Origin: Albugo candida
Taxonomy: Eukaryota
Length of the DNA stretch: 64,000 nt
Assembly: GCA_040437565.1 (NCBI GenBank)
Contig: JBDOQK010000021.1
Span: forward strand, 186,001 to 250,000
Reading direction: 5' to 3'
Below, one piece after another: positions 13,379-23,852 of the stretch. Position 1 is the first letter of the stretch, and each line of letters opens with the position of its first letter. Made by a program: the position numbers and the translations under genes. The notes under the pieces are model-generated. The model saw nothing but the letters and a program-made list of their open reading frames with translations, ran no database searches and was not told the DNA's origin.

Positions 13379-13459
13379 TGCAGATACAATTACTCTAAAT
13401 ACAAGCAAGCTATGCTGTTGTTTTTGTTTCTGTGGGCGATGGTTTGTTGCATGTTTACT

Positions 13460-13939
13460 TTACACAACATAAAGGGTTACCAAAATCGCGATGAGTATAA
13501 CCACAATCACATACAACTTGCAAGACTACAATAACGAAGATTAACTCATTCCTTTCGTGTTTCGTAAATAACTTACCTTTTTCTTTTGTGCATTCACTTC
13601 ACGTGCAATAAGTTCCTCTCGCTCTAAATCTGCTTGTGCTTGATCCATTCGCTACAATTCATCGGCTAAGTACGGCTTCACTCGTAATAGTAGACGACTT
13701 ACATTTCCGAGATCATCGATAATCGCATTCTGCTCTACAACCTCACCATTGATGGCATTCGCATGATTCTTCAATCCTTTGACTCCAGTGTGTATTTGAT
13801 CGAGCACGTTGTCTTGATCGGACATCTGTGCATTCTTGCGCTGTTCGTATTCCTGCGCGCTCATGTTCTGATAATCTATCTCGCCATCCGAATCGAGAGA
13901 GCTACTATTGTGGTACATTGGATGATCTTGTCTTCCCAT
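13460..13939 (-). CDS. Qc-type SNARE (syntaxin-6/8/SYP5-like), tail-anchored
   Basis: SNARE coil DQDNVLDQIHTGV...EVVEQNAIIDDL, two short introns and C-terminal TM KLYVIVVILIAILVTLYVV*. The start could lie further upstream (14134). Confidence 0.75.
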
Positions 13940-14393
13940 TCTCGCTAATGCATTTATATTTTCGTTTGTAAGTGTACCGTGATCGTTACCGATTCTACCA
14001 CGGGTACGGGTTGACGAAGCTAAGAGCCAATCCGAAGGAACGTGGATATATGTACCCCTAGTATTCGCACTTTTTACCAATAGATAGAGACTACATCTGC
14101 CATTTCTGACACGGTTGTCTACCCACTTTATCATTGCATACTTAAATTACCTCCACAATCTTGTGCTAGTNNNNNNNNNNNNNNNNNNNNNNNNNNNNNN
14201 NNNNNNNNNNNNNNNNNNNNNNNNNNNNNNNNNNNNNNNNNNNNNNNNNNNNNNNNNNNNNNNNNNNNNNACCTCCACAATCTTGTGCTAGTAATCATAG
14301 TCGTGTAAATTAATAAGTCGGCTGAATGGGCACAGCGAATCCTATCTTTGGCAAACCAGGTTTCCGTAGAAAGTTGGGCGACTTAAAGCTACC

Positions 14394-15051
14394 ATGGATC
14401 ATATCAAAGTCATCATGGGCGGATCGGCAGTGACAGACAGCATGAGTGGAACCGATTCGTCCGCATCGATGTGTCCCACGCTATCCAAAACACAGCGACT
14501 TGTTGGATTTGCTGTTTGTTTTGTTGCTGGGTACATAATCAGCTTCGGGGTACACACATATGTAGTCGCTGTTGCCAGTTTATAACCTCTAAACTTCAGT
14601 CGACATTCGCTCTTTTGGTTGGGAATACGAGTGGTGCAACTTTCGGGATTACGTATTCAGTCGGAAACGTATTGGCTTTGTGCGGGTACGGATATTAACG
14701 AATCAGTGCTCGTCCTGCTTCTAATGTGAGAATAGTTCTGGGTTCCTGGCTGGTCCAAAACAGCAATTGAAGCTGATGATGACGCCCGTAAGAAGAGTGG
14801 CAGCAGCGATGTATGTTGGAATGATAGTTGTCGTCCTGGTCGTAGCTTGTGCGGTGAGAGTGCTCCACTCCATTTCCTTCAACCATCCTAAATCTGTATG
14901 ACAGGCGCCTAATCTAGGCGGACTGGTCCTATTCCTCGTGTTGATTCAGTTTCTCACCGCCATATGGTACACTGCGACTTACATTCCCTTTGGTCAGCGT
15001 GTCATCAAGAGGGTATTAGGGAATGTTTGCGGTGTTTCTGACGCTTTCTGA
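14394..15051 (+). CDS. SFT2: SFT2/Got1-family vesicle transport protein
   Basis: Four exons: CPTLSKTQRLVGFAVCF; FGITYSVGNVLALCG; FLAGPKQQLKLM; WYTATYIPFGQ. Confidence 0.88.
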
Positions 15052-15323
15052 GTGATTGTTAGTAATGAAAATAATGTAAAATGAGTTGTAGGATGACTAT
15101 ATTCAGGGTAGAGAAAGAATGAAAAGTCGGGTTATAGTATTTGTTGGGAAGAATTGGGTGCTTCTAAGGAGTCAATGTTCTCCGTTAGGCGATGTATTTT
15201 ACGCGAGAAACATATCAATAATACGTGTCGTATTTCATCAAATGGGTGAATACGTGGTCATAAACGCATTATAAATGACTTCTAGTTACTCATTATTCAA
15301 ATTACTTCGATCAACACTCAATC

Positions 15324-15767
15324 ATGAAAATGCAACTCATCGTCCTCTCTGCTATTATGGCGATTTCCTCAGCGCGCAACTTACAGGGAAAAGTTCTGGG
15401 GGACACTGTAGCTTCAGCCGATCCCAAATCTAGTAACGCCGGTTCTTCCAATCCGCCCCTTGGAAGCAGCAAATTGGCGAAAAATGACACCGAAGAGGAA
15501 AAAGGAAGTGATTCTCACTCGGTTGACAAATCCAAGGACCACGTCCACACACCAGGGGATGGCCACGACCACACACCAGGGGATGGCCACGACCACACAC
15601 CAGGGGATGGCCACGACCATTCACCGACAACTTCGAATACCGACACCAAGGATGGAAGCTCGTCAAGTGGGCATTCAGGCACTCCTGCTTCATCTGCCGC
15701 CCTTATCTCGGTTCAACTTGCATTTTCGGTGGCAATGGGCGCAAGCATCTTCAGCGCTTTCCTGTAG
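15324..15767 (+). CDS. Small secreted, probably GPI-anchored Ser/His-rich protein
   Basis: Signal peptide MKMQLIVLSAIMAISSA, an (HTPGDGHD)x3 repeat, a Ser-rich linker and a hydrophobic C-terminus (SSAALISVQLAFSVAMGASIFSAFL). Confidence 0.75.
   Translation: MKMQLIVLSAIMAISSARNLQGKVLGDTVASADPKSSNAGSSNPPLGSSKLAKNDTEEEKGSDSHSVDKSKDHVHTPGDGHDHTPGDGHDHTPGDGHDHSPTTSNTDTKDGSSSSGHSGTPASSAALISVQLAFSVAMGASIFSAFL
15546..15620 (+). repeat. 24-bp coding tandem repeat x3 (cacacaccaggggatggccacgac)
   Basis: Three exact copies seen directly. Confidence 0.95.
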
Positions 15768-15955
15768 TTTGTACATTTTTTTTCATATAGAAACTGCAAT
15801 ACAACTTTGATTTTCCTTCAATTCTTTATATTTTTTTACACTAGCCTTAGTGCCGTGTATCTTTGACAAATAGCAGCTGTCATTTGGATGAAACATCTCA
15901 CAATCCACAGTTAAATTGATACGATTACGACATCCGTTAAGTACTGTTATGACAA

Positions 15956-17910
15956 CTACGATATAACGCAGTTTTCTTTGTGCTTCGATCCTTTCAGAAT
16001 CAGTGATTTCTGAGTGAGTTCCGCTATGAAGCAAACCAAACATTAGTGTGGTACTCGACTCGACTTTCGGATACAAGCACTCACGATTCACACTCATAAT
16101 AAGTGCGTCACGAGCAATCGTTTCCAACGCGTCGTTAATGTTTTCTGACGTTTTCGCACTCGTTTCTGTCGTGAAAAAAACAATCACACACTATTACATT
16201 TCCATCAACCTCCACGTACCAATGAATCGACAATTGTATTGCTTTGCAATTGCTTCACCGTCGCGAGAAGGAACCGAACGGTTACTCAAATCAATCTTAT
16301 TTCCGACCAGCAACATTGCCGGTAAATGGGGCNNNNNNNNNNNNNNNNNNNNNNNNNNNNNNNNNNNNNNNNNNNNNNNNNNNNNNNNNNNNNNNNNNNN
16401 NNNNNNNNNNNNNNNNNNNNNNNNNNNNNNNNTTCTGAGTGAGTTCCGCTATGAAGCAAACCAAACATTAGTGTGGTACTCGACTCGACTTTCGGATACA
16501 AGCACTCACGATTCACACTCATAATAAGTGCGTCACGAGCAATCGTTTCCAACGCGTCGTTAATGTTTTCTGACGTTTTCGCACTCGTTTCTGTCGTGAA
16601 AAAAACAATCACACACTATTACATTTCCATCAACCTCCACGTACCAATGAATCGACAATTGTATTGCTTTGCAATTGCTTCACCGTCGCGAGAAGGAACC
16701 GAACGGTTACTCAAATCAATCTTATTTCCGACCAGCAACATTGCCGGTAAATGGGGCGATGAAAATTGCCGGATATTGTTCATCCAGTACTCGACATCTA
16801 CGAATTATGGGTTAGTGAAACCTCCACAACTTGATAGTTGGTAGACGCACTGTCAAAGCCGCGTTTATCGGTCACATCGTACACCAACACAATTCCATTC
16901 GCTCCCTTGTAATATGCTATGCTATTTATTAGTATCCAATCATACGCACTTCCTAGTGTCATACTTGCAGTGATACGATGAAATCGTTCTTGACCGGCCG
17001 TATCCCAAATCTGCAATGTAATATCTTGACCCGCGATAGAAACCTGCCTCAACTTGAAATCGACACTACAACAAGAATCTGTGAGGGAATCTTTCATTGA
17101 GATATTGGTACCTACCCCGCAGTCGCTAGCATGGAGTCTGAGAATTTATCGCCCGAAAAAACGCGCATAAGACTCGTTTTCCCAACACCAGAATCGCCGA
17201 GCAAAAGAAGCTTCAATTTATGCTTTTTTGGAGGTACAGCTTGATCTGTGGCACACGGTTGTTCGGTGAGGGAACGAGATGACGAAAGCGGTAACTTGGA
17301 TGTTGCTTTAAACATTCTCGACTTGAAAAGCGCGGCTTTCGACGCCAAAGACTGAATATAGAGTGAGTGGTGTGCGCGATTACATGCATTCTGAACGCAC
17401 CTGCTTGGAATTTCGCTCCATGCTAGATCGTTTCTTCTCATCTTCTTCCATCTGTTTCTCTTCCAATTCTTCTTCTGTCGGTTTCCATGTATTTCGACCG
17501 TGTGCTACTAAACTTGAATCTAATGAGAGTTGTAACCCTTCCGATAACACATCCAAAGCTTGAGCGGATAAAGCTCCGGTTGGTTGTACCACTTTGACTT
17601 TGCTTGTCTTTTTATCATCTGGTAATTTGGTTACGTCCACGGGTGTTGATCCTGCCAAGTATACTTTCGATAGTGCTGCGGCACGTTTCGCGACGTCTTC
17701 GTTAGGTTCGCAGTCGCTTTCAGCCTCGTCATTTATAGATGAAAAGCTTTGTGATCGCCTTCTGCACTGTTGGATGCGTGATAATTGCTCTTCGTCGACA
17801 GTATTAGATTCGGGTGATTCATTTGTTTCACCGATGATCGAACGACTGCGAGATCGGCCACGTGAATCGATGGACCGCTCCATTTCGGCTTCCCATTCGG
17901 AATCCGTCAT
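15956..17910 (-). CDS. Rab GTPase (Rab8/Sec4-like) with long N-terminal extension and CaaX end
   Basis: Multi-exon gene: [49 protein letters not shown]. Last exon reads ...[12 protein letters not shown]. 16008-16332 is duplicated across the gap. Confidence 0.85.
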
Positions 17911-19010
17911 GTGAAAATGGAGATCGAGAAGTATACGATGCAAGTATACTAATATATGATGTATACCGCTGTACCCCAGTCAATGTGTGGTTTACGTTTC
18001 GATGACGAGATTTTAGTTACGAGACGAATTGTACCCCGAAATGCGTGGTTATGTTCTTGATATGAAGTTTATAATTTGCGTACGTTACGAATAGCGTGGA
18101 TGCAAATTGCACGTATGATACGTGAAAGAATGGATGGATCAATACTCGTAAGTCCGATATTACTTAATGTTTTCTTTCAGTCCAGAAACTCTCCACATAG
18201 TTACTTTTCCTATCAAAAGCGTTTCCTGCCCAGCCTTTGCGGGTTACAACAAAATCAGAAAATACGCCCGTTGTGGAGGGAAGGGGTACGTCTTATTTTA
18301 CATTACTCTTGCAAAATGTAACGCGTTATATTATATTTGCGATAACCGCATGACGCATTTGCGAACTTTGTCGAAATCGGAGTCTGGATATCATTTGCTA
18401 GAGAGGGTATGCAACTTCCTCAAGAATGTCATGCGTTTGGATCCTACTCGTCGATACACCGCATGACCAATATTTTTCGAATCTTAGAAAAATAGTCTTT
18501 AATCAGGCTTTTACACATCTTGGATTTAATAGTCACTTCGTAAGAAAAAAGTATCTCAGAGCTACACAGCATTGAGAGCAACATATTCAGAGAAACACAC
18601 TGTATGGTCCCGAAATCCTGTTACGAGAAAGTAACGCATTGCGTATATCGACGAAACAGCAAACTTTTGACGCCATATCTGATGCATCTCATTCATCTAA
18701 ACCCAGAAAATACGTGTAATCACCTCATTCACCTCAATTTTCCAACCTTTTCGCCTTAAATAGACAGAGGTGGCAACAAACGAAACACTGTAGAAGCGGT
18801 ATTTCACGCGCGGCCATGCAGAATCTCTTGCCATTGGCTAGCATCGCATGGACTGTGATTGGTTTAAAATGGGATGCTCTCTCAACATGAAATTTATTGC
18901 AAAAGACAGTGTAAACGACAAGGATTGGTTGAGGTTGCGTCCTTGTTCCATTATAGCTGGTAAAAAAAATCGCTTGATTACCTAATTGAAACTGTCAACT
19001 TCACCAACAT

Positions 19011-21920
19011 TCATTTCTTCTTTTTTTTGTAAACTTTCTTCGCTCTTCCTTTCGTTTTGGCTTCCATTTGATCTTGTAGCTTCTGCTGCAGAGATTGCTT
19101 CTGTTGCGATGTCAAGCTCCGCTGTGATTTATTTTGTTGGGCAGCATGTTTTCGTATGGCTTGTGTGCATCCATGGACTTCTGCTTGAACGTGTTTTAAG
19201 CAAAAACGAGCTTTACAGCATATACAGTTGCTTCCGTATACCAAGTGAGTGCGCTCTTTACACTGTTTACCGATTGAATTTCGAAAGCCACAAAATTGAC
19301 TTTCTGCAACTTTGCGATCCAAGAAAGTGCTATCGCTTTCCTCCAAATGTATTCCACCAATTTCCTTGGTCACTTCTGAAATTGTTGTTTCCTTCTTCTT
19401 CGGACGAGCGTTCTGCTTCCTAGCGCTGCCAGGTATACACGTATACTCCTGCTTGCTTGTGGCCTCCGTTGTACCGTCACCTTCAATAACAGCGTCCCCT
19501 TCTTCGGAAGAACTTGAAGCTGCTAAAACTTCAAAACCCGCTCTGATCTGAGACATTTCATCCTCATCCTCAACCTCACTCCCGACTTGATCCGTTTCAT
19601 ACTTATCGACTAAATTCGCCTTACTCTCGACTTGATCCGCTTCGCACTTCTCGGTCAAATTCGCTTCACTCTCGATTTCATCCGTTTTACACTTCTCGAT
19701 TAAATCCGCTTTAGTGAATGTATCTCGCTTGTGCTTCTCTGAATCGGGTTTCACCGTACCTTTTCGTGTACCGTGCCTTTGGGTTTCCTGGGTGCGGTTT
19801 TCTTGCCCGTCTTCGACTAAACTTTCCCCAGTAAAAGTGTATTCAACAAGTATTTCCGATGCAGAACGCACTTCACCAAATGCCTCAAAATGCTTCACCA
19901 AGTTTTTCAGAAAGGAATTCGCTGAAATTGTATCCGAGTCACAAATGAGTGCCACGTGACGTCTAGCACGTGTTACGGCCACATTCATTCTTCGCTCATC
20001 CGCGAGGAATCCAAGCTGACGCTTTTTATTCGAGCGCACGAGACTCATCACAACAGCTTCCTTCTCGCATCCTTGGAATCCATCAACCGATCGTATTTCT
20101 AGATCCTTAAATACTTTCGATAATCGAGACTTGAGTACCTGAACTTGCTTGTTATAAGGCGTTACAACCGCTATATCTCGAGGAGAAACTCCAGCCTCAA
20201 TGAGGGAGCGCACATGAATATCGACTAGGAGTGCTTCACCACCGTTGAATTTCGAGCAAGACAACTTTGTGGTAACATCACGTGAGTTTGTTCCTTTTTT
20301 AAGCTTGCGGACATCTAATCGTTCTTTTCCTTCGTCCAAATCGCAGCCAGCCGTATCAAGCAGGTATAATGTTGCTCCAAGGACATTTTGATCTATCTGA
20401 AATATTCCTTCCGGTAAAGTGATGCTTATCTGCTTCTTATGTCGCACGAATGTCTTCAAATCTTGTAATCGACGCGCTGCGACACCTTCGAAGCTCTTCA
20501 AAGCGCTTTGATACATCGCATCCGAGCTCCATCGGCAAATATCATTGTGCATGCGGTATTGCGTGTCTAGCACCTTGATAATCGGCTCAAAACCTTTCAT
20601 TTTCGCTCGCTCCATAAAGCGGTCAAATAAAGTCACTTGTAAGCCGTCTGTAGCTGCTTGTTTCGACTTGATGGTTGGAGGTAGTTGGCAATGGTCTCCA
20701 GCCAAAACAACGCGTTTGGACCGCATGATCGGGATCCAGCAGGAGATTTCCAGCGCTTGTGCGGCCTCATCGATAATTGCAAGGTCAAAGTCCATATTCT
20801 TCAACAGCTTTGTCGATGCACCCACGTTCGTCGCAAATATAACTTGACTCTTCTCCAGCAATTCTCCAACCACAGCTTTTTCTCGTTTGTAAATATCCTT
20901 CCGATTGCTTCGTATAAGTTTATACAATTCACGGGGTTGGCCCGGCTGCGTACTCTTTTGTTTGCGGTTTTTATTACGAATTGCGACGATCTCTCGCTCG
21001 GTCTGCTGGATTTCTTGCCGAATATCATTCACGATGACCGTATTCTCAGCCTTTGCAACTTGTGCGTCAAGACAATGCTGAAGGACATTTCGAGTCACTC
21101 GAGCGGGATGACCAATACGAAGTAACCGCAATTTGTATTGATCGACTTCAGTACATTGCGAAAGTTTATCGAGTACCGTATCCACCGCAATATTGGACGG
21201 CGCACAGACAAGGATTTTAAGCTTGTGATGAATAGTTGCTTGTAAAATGAGCTCCACGAGCGTGGTCGTTTTTCCTGTGCCCGGAGGACCGTGAATAACA
21301 GCAACGTCATTCGATGCCAATGCGAACTGAATTGCATCCTTTTGCGAGGCGTTCAGTTTAGAGTGGAACGGCTTCATTACTTGTGGTGAATTCCATTGTG
21401 GTAATCTACTTTCAAAAAGGATGTATCGAAGCGGATGACTGCCATCGCGAATTCTGTCCAACGTAGCTGAAAACTTGGTATATGTGGTCGTATTTACCAG
21501 TCGATCGACTGTGATTGGTCCATGGTCAAGTATACCTGATGCTGAGATGGCATCACAGTCTGATGCCTCTAACACGATGTGGACACGATGCTCGCTCAAT
21601 TTCATCACCACTCCGGTCCATTCATCTGATTCTTGAATGTCTTCTGAAGTGGCCAATGTGTTCCGAATTCGTACAACATCACCGATGGTGAATGTATGTG
21701 CCTTTGGTGTCCCGTGCCAATGCGGCAACGCTAGTGCCCAAACAGTTCGTCCAAATAGTCCAATAGAAGATTGAATGAGTCGAAGATTTTGCAACACATT
21801 TGGATTCTTGCGGTCATCCAACACTTTCAGTTCTTGTTGCATTTGTGTAATTTCTTCATCCTGCTCACATGATAGTAAACTTTTCTGGTTCTCGATCCAC
21901 TCGTAAAGTGCGTCTTGCAT
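19011..21920 (-). CDS. IGHMBP2: IGHMBP2/SMUBP-2-like SF1 (Upf1-like) helicase with C-terminal AN1 zinc finger
   Basis: IHGPPGTGKTTT, CAPSNIAVD, IIDEAAQ, LAGDHCQLPPT, QYRMH, SVDGFQGCEKE, RRMNVAVTRARR, plus an AN1-type C...C...CC..FCLKH...HGC. Confidence 0.92.
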   Translation of the reverse strand: MQDALYEWIENQKSLLSCEQDEEITQMQQELKVLDDRKNPNVLQNLRLIQSSIGLFGRTVWALALPHWHGTPKAHTFTIGDVVRIRNTLATSEDIQESDEWTGVVMKLSEHRVHIVLEASDCDAISASGILDHGPITVDRLVNTTTYTKFSATLDRIRDGSHPLRYILFESRLPQWNSPQVMKPFHSKLNASQKDAIQFALASNDVAVIHGPPGTGKTTTLVELILQATIHHKLKILVCAPSNIAVDTVLDKLSQCTEVDQYKLRLLRIGHPARVTRNVLQHCLDAQVAKAENTVIVNDIRQEIQQTEREIVAIRNKNRKQKSTQPGQPRELYKLIRSNRKDIYKREKAVVGELLEKSQVIFATNVGASTKLLKNMDFDLAIIDEAAQALEISCWIPIMRSKRVVLAGDHCQLPPTIKSKQAATDGLQVTLFDRFMERAKMKGFEPIIKVLDTQYRMHNDICRWSSDAMYQSALKSFEGVAARRLQDLKTFVRHKKQISITLPEGIFQIDQNVLGATLYLLDTAGCDLDEGKERLDVRKLKKGTNSRDVTTKLSCSKFNGGEALLVDIHVRSLIEAGVSPRDIAVVTPYNKQVQVLKSRLSKVFKDLEIRSVDGFQGCEKEAVVMSLVRSNKKRQLGFLADERRMNVAVTRARRHVALICDSDTISANSFLKNLVKHFEAFGEVRSASEILVEYTFTGESLVEDGQENRTQETQRHGTRKGTVKPDSEKHKRDTFTKADLIEKCKTDEIESEANLTEKCEADQVESKANLVDKYETDQVGSEVEDEDEMSQIRAGFEVLAASSSSEEGDAVIEGDGTTEATSKQEYTCIPGSARKQNARPKKKETTISEVTKEIGGIHLEESDSTFLDRKVAESQFCGFRNSIGKQCKERTHLVYGSNCICCKARFCLKHVQAEVHGCTQAIRKHAAQQNKSQRSLTSQQKQSLQQKLQDQMEAKTKGRAKKVYKKKKK
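19575..19709 (-). repeat. 45-bp degenerate coding tandem repeat x3 in the helicase linker
   Basis: ADLIEKCKTDEIESE / ANLTEKCEADQVESK / ANLVDKYETDQVGSE. Confidence 0.85.
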
Positions 21921-22042
21921 CACTGAAGAATTTAACGTTCACAAGTAGAAAATAATGTGGTACACACGTTAACATACTATTGTAATGTAAAATTGTTTGT
22001 GAGGAATATAAGGTGCATAATGACTGACAATTTGTCTATGTC

Positions 22043-23398
22043 CTACACTTCAAACTCATTCTTTCGTCGATGATCAGACGGATTGCTGTGACTGAACGAA
22101 CTCAAATCAGTGTCCCGCAAATCTGATGTATCACTAGTGTCGTCCCAATCGCTATCCACATCACTAAGTTTGGCCACACCGTCGCCAAGGTTCGAGGTAG
22201 TGACTAGGTGATCGCCACCGTTCGGCTGCTCATAAGAGCCTTTACTGTGATAATCGGTATACGATTCTCCAAAGTCACTAAATTCACTCACACTGTCTTT
22301 TGCAACAAATGAACTTTTCTTACTCCGCCTCTGATTCCATTTTGACGATAATACACTTTCTTGATCTGAGTAGATGTCTGATGATGCCGCTGAGAATGTT
22401 TGACTTGCCATAGTTGATTGGTAGAATATCGACGTTGAATCAGAGTCTCTCGTTAATCGCTCCTCTTTGAGTTTCAACGATTGAGAAAATCGACTGATAT
22501 CCGATCCAGTAGCTTCAAAACTGTCATCGAAAGACTCCGTTTGTTGGGAAGAGGGATACGTGTTTTTCGCTTTTTCATACAGCCCTTTATAATCCTTTTT
22601 TTCAGGATCAGTTGCGCTCCACGGTGTCTGTGTGTCTGCTTTTGGTTCCTTTCGATTTCGTACTTTGGCAAAGATGAACAGAGCGGCTACTACAGAAGCA
22701 AGACCTCCCACCGCAATGATCATAATCAGATTCCAAGAAAAAGCTGATTTCTCCTCAGTCTTTGGTTCTGAAAGTGCTTCCACCGTTTGAGTCGTTTTTT
22801 TCGGTTCCTCCGACACCAATGCAGGTTTCTCTTTTATTCCGGTACTTCCTCCAGTTGAGTTTTGTGACAGTGTCAATGATTCTGAGTCCGGCTCTACTTT
22901 CGTCTTGAATTCTGAATCTGATTCTAGCTTTGTCCCTGGATTTGGCTTCTCTTCTGGTTTCACCGGTGATTCGGGAGGAATGACAGTTGCAGGTTTTTTA
23001 GGTTCGGTCGTAGGAGGAGCTGCTGTAGGTTTCGCCACATCAGCATCGTCCTCAGATTTGGCTTTACGATCTGAACTCGACTCAGGTCCACCGCTAAATG
23101 ATTGTAGTTTAGGCTTTGGTGAGGTTATTGGAGGCTGCGAAGGATTCCGTTGCGTCTCTTTCACTTTCTTTGTGAGGGATTCGGGCGTCACACTAAGTAT
23201 GCTATTTCTCTTTATAGCTTCAGGTGAAATACCTGAGAGTGGCGGAGCCTTTGGGAGCGCTATGGATTTAGCAGAAGTCGTGTTTTTCGGCAAATCAGCA
23301 AAAGCCGTCTTGATCCATACACACAAAACCACAAGATAAAGGCATTTTGCACGCAGAAATCGAGTTTTTGGGCAGTCCTTGACATGATGAGATGACAT
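22043..23398 (-). CDS. Type I membrane protein (signal peptide, Pro/Ser/Thr/Lys-rich ectodomain, single TM, Ser-rich tail)
   Basis: Hydrophobic LYLVVLCVWIKTAFA, TM WNLIMIIAVGGLASVVAALFIFA followed by KVRNRK, and a C-terminal EFEV. Confidence 0.75.
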   Translation of the reverse strand: MSSHHVKDCPKTRFLRAKCLYLVVLCVWIKTAFADLPKNTTSAKSIALPKAPPLSGISPEAIKRNSILSVTPESLTKKVKETQRNPSQPPITSPKPKLQSFSGGPESSSDRKAKSEDDADVAKPTAAPPTTEPKKPATVIPPESPVKPEEKPNPGTKLESDSEFKTKVEPDSESLTLSQNSTGGSTGIKEKPALVSEEPKKTTQTVEALSEPKTEEKSAFSWNLIMIIAVGGLASVVAALFIFAKVRNRKEPKADTQTPWSATDPEKKDYKGLYEKAKNTYPSSQQTESFDDSFEATGSDISRFSQSLKLKEERLTRDSDSTSIFYQSTMASQTFSAASSDIYSDQESVLSSKWNQRRSKKSSFVAKDSVSEFSDFGESYTDYHSKGSYEQPNGGDHLVTTSNLGDGVAKLSDVDSDWDDTSDTSDLRDTDLSSFSHSNPSDHRRKNEFEV

Positions 23399-23409
23399 GC
23401 TCTTTAACA

Positions 23410-23852
23410 CTACCTAATGGATGGCATTTGTACATCTTAAAACCACATCTGCCACGTCGTCGATTCTTGAGGATTTCTGAAGGGGTCATATGTGAAAGAT
23501 GACGCGTCATGCGTCAGAATGGAGGTGCGGGTTGGTGTTATGCTCACACATGAAGACTGTGCACTGACTGTGCTACGTCGTGTGTGTTGTTAGATAGATT
23601 TTGGTGTGTTAGAGAATACTATCATTTAACGGTTTTGGTTATTCGATAACGCCTGTTTAGTGAATTTGGTGCACTTTACGAGTGTAATATGCGTACCTCA
23701 CACTCTATTTGTTCAATTCTTTCTTTTTTCACTTTTAAGAGATCGATGTATGAAGAGAAAACGTCATTTTCTAATATTGCTCTTGTGTCAATTGCGGCTT
23801 TTACTGTCACATCTTTGGCCAAAATGACACGTTTTCGTTCTTCTGCAACGTG
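23410..23852. repeat. Duplicated segment, second copy at ~36060-36487
   Basis: Shared aaaccacatctgcca, aaagatgacgcgtcatgcgtc.gaatggaggtgcggg and aatgacacgttttcgttcttctgcaacgtgt. Confidence 0.9.

Noticed and set aside
15546-15620. CRISPR-like short repeats (also 61044-61172)
   Set aside because: Eukaryotic DNA with no cas genes. The first is an in-frame coding repeat without spacers, and the second is a set of transposon subterminal repeats.
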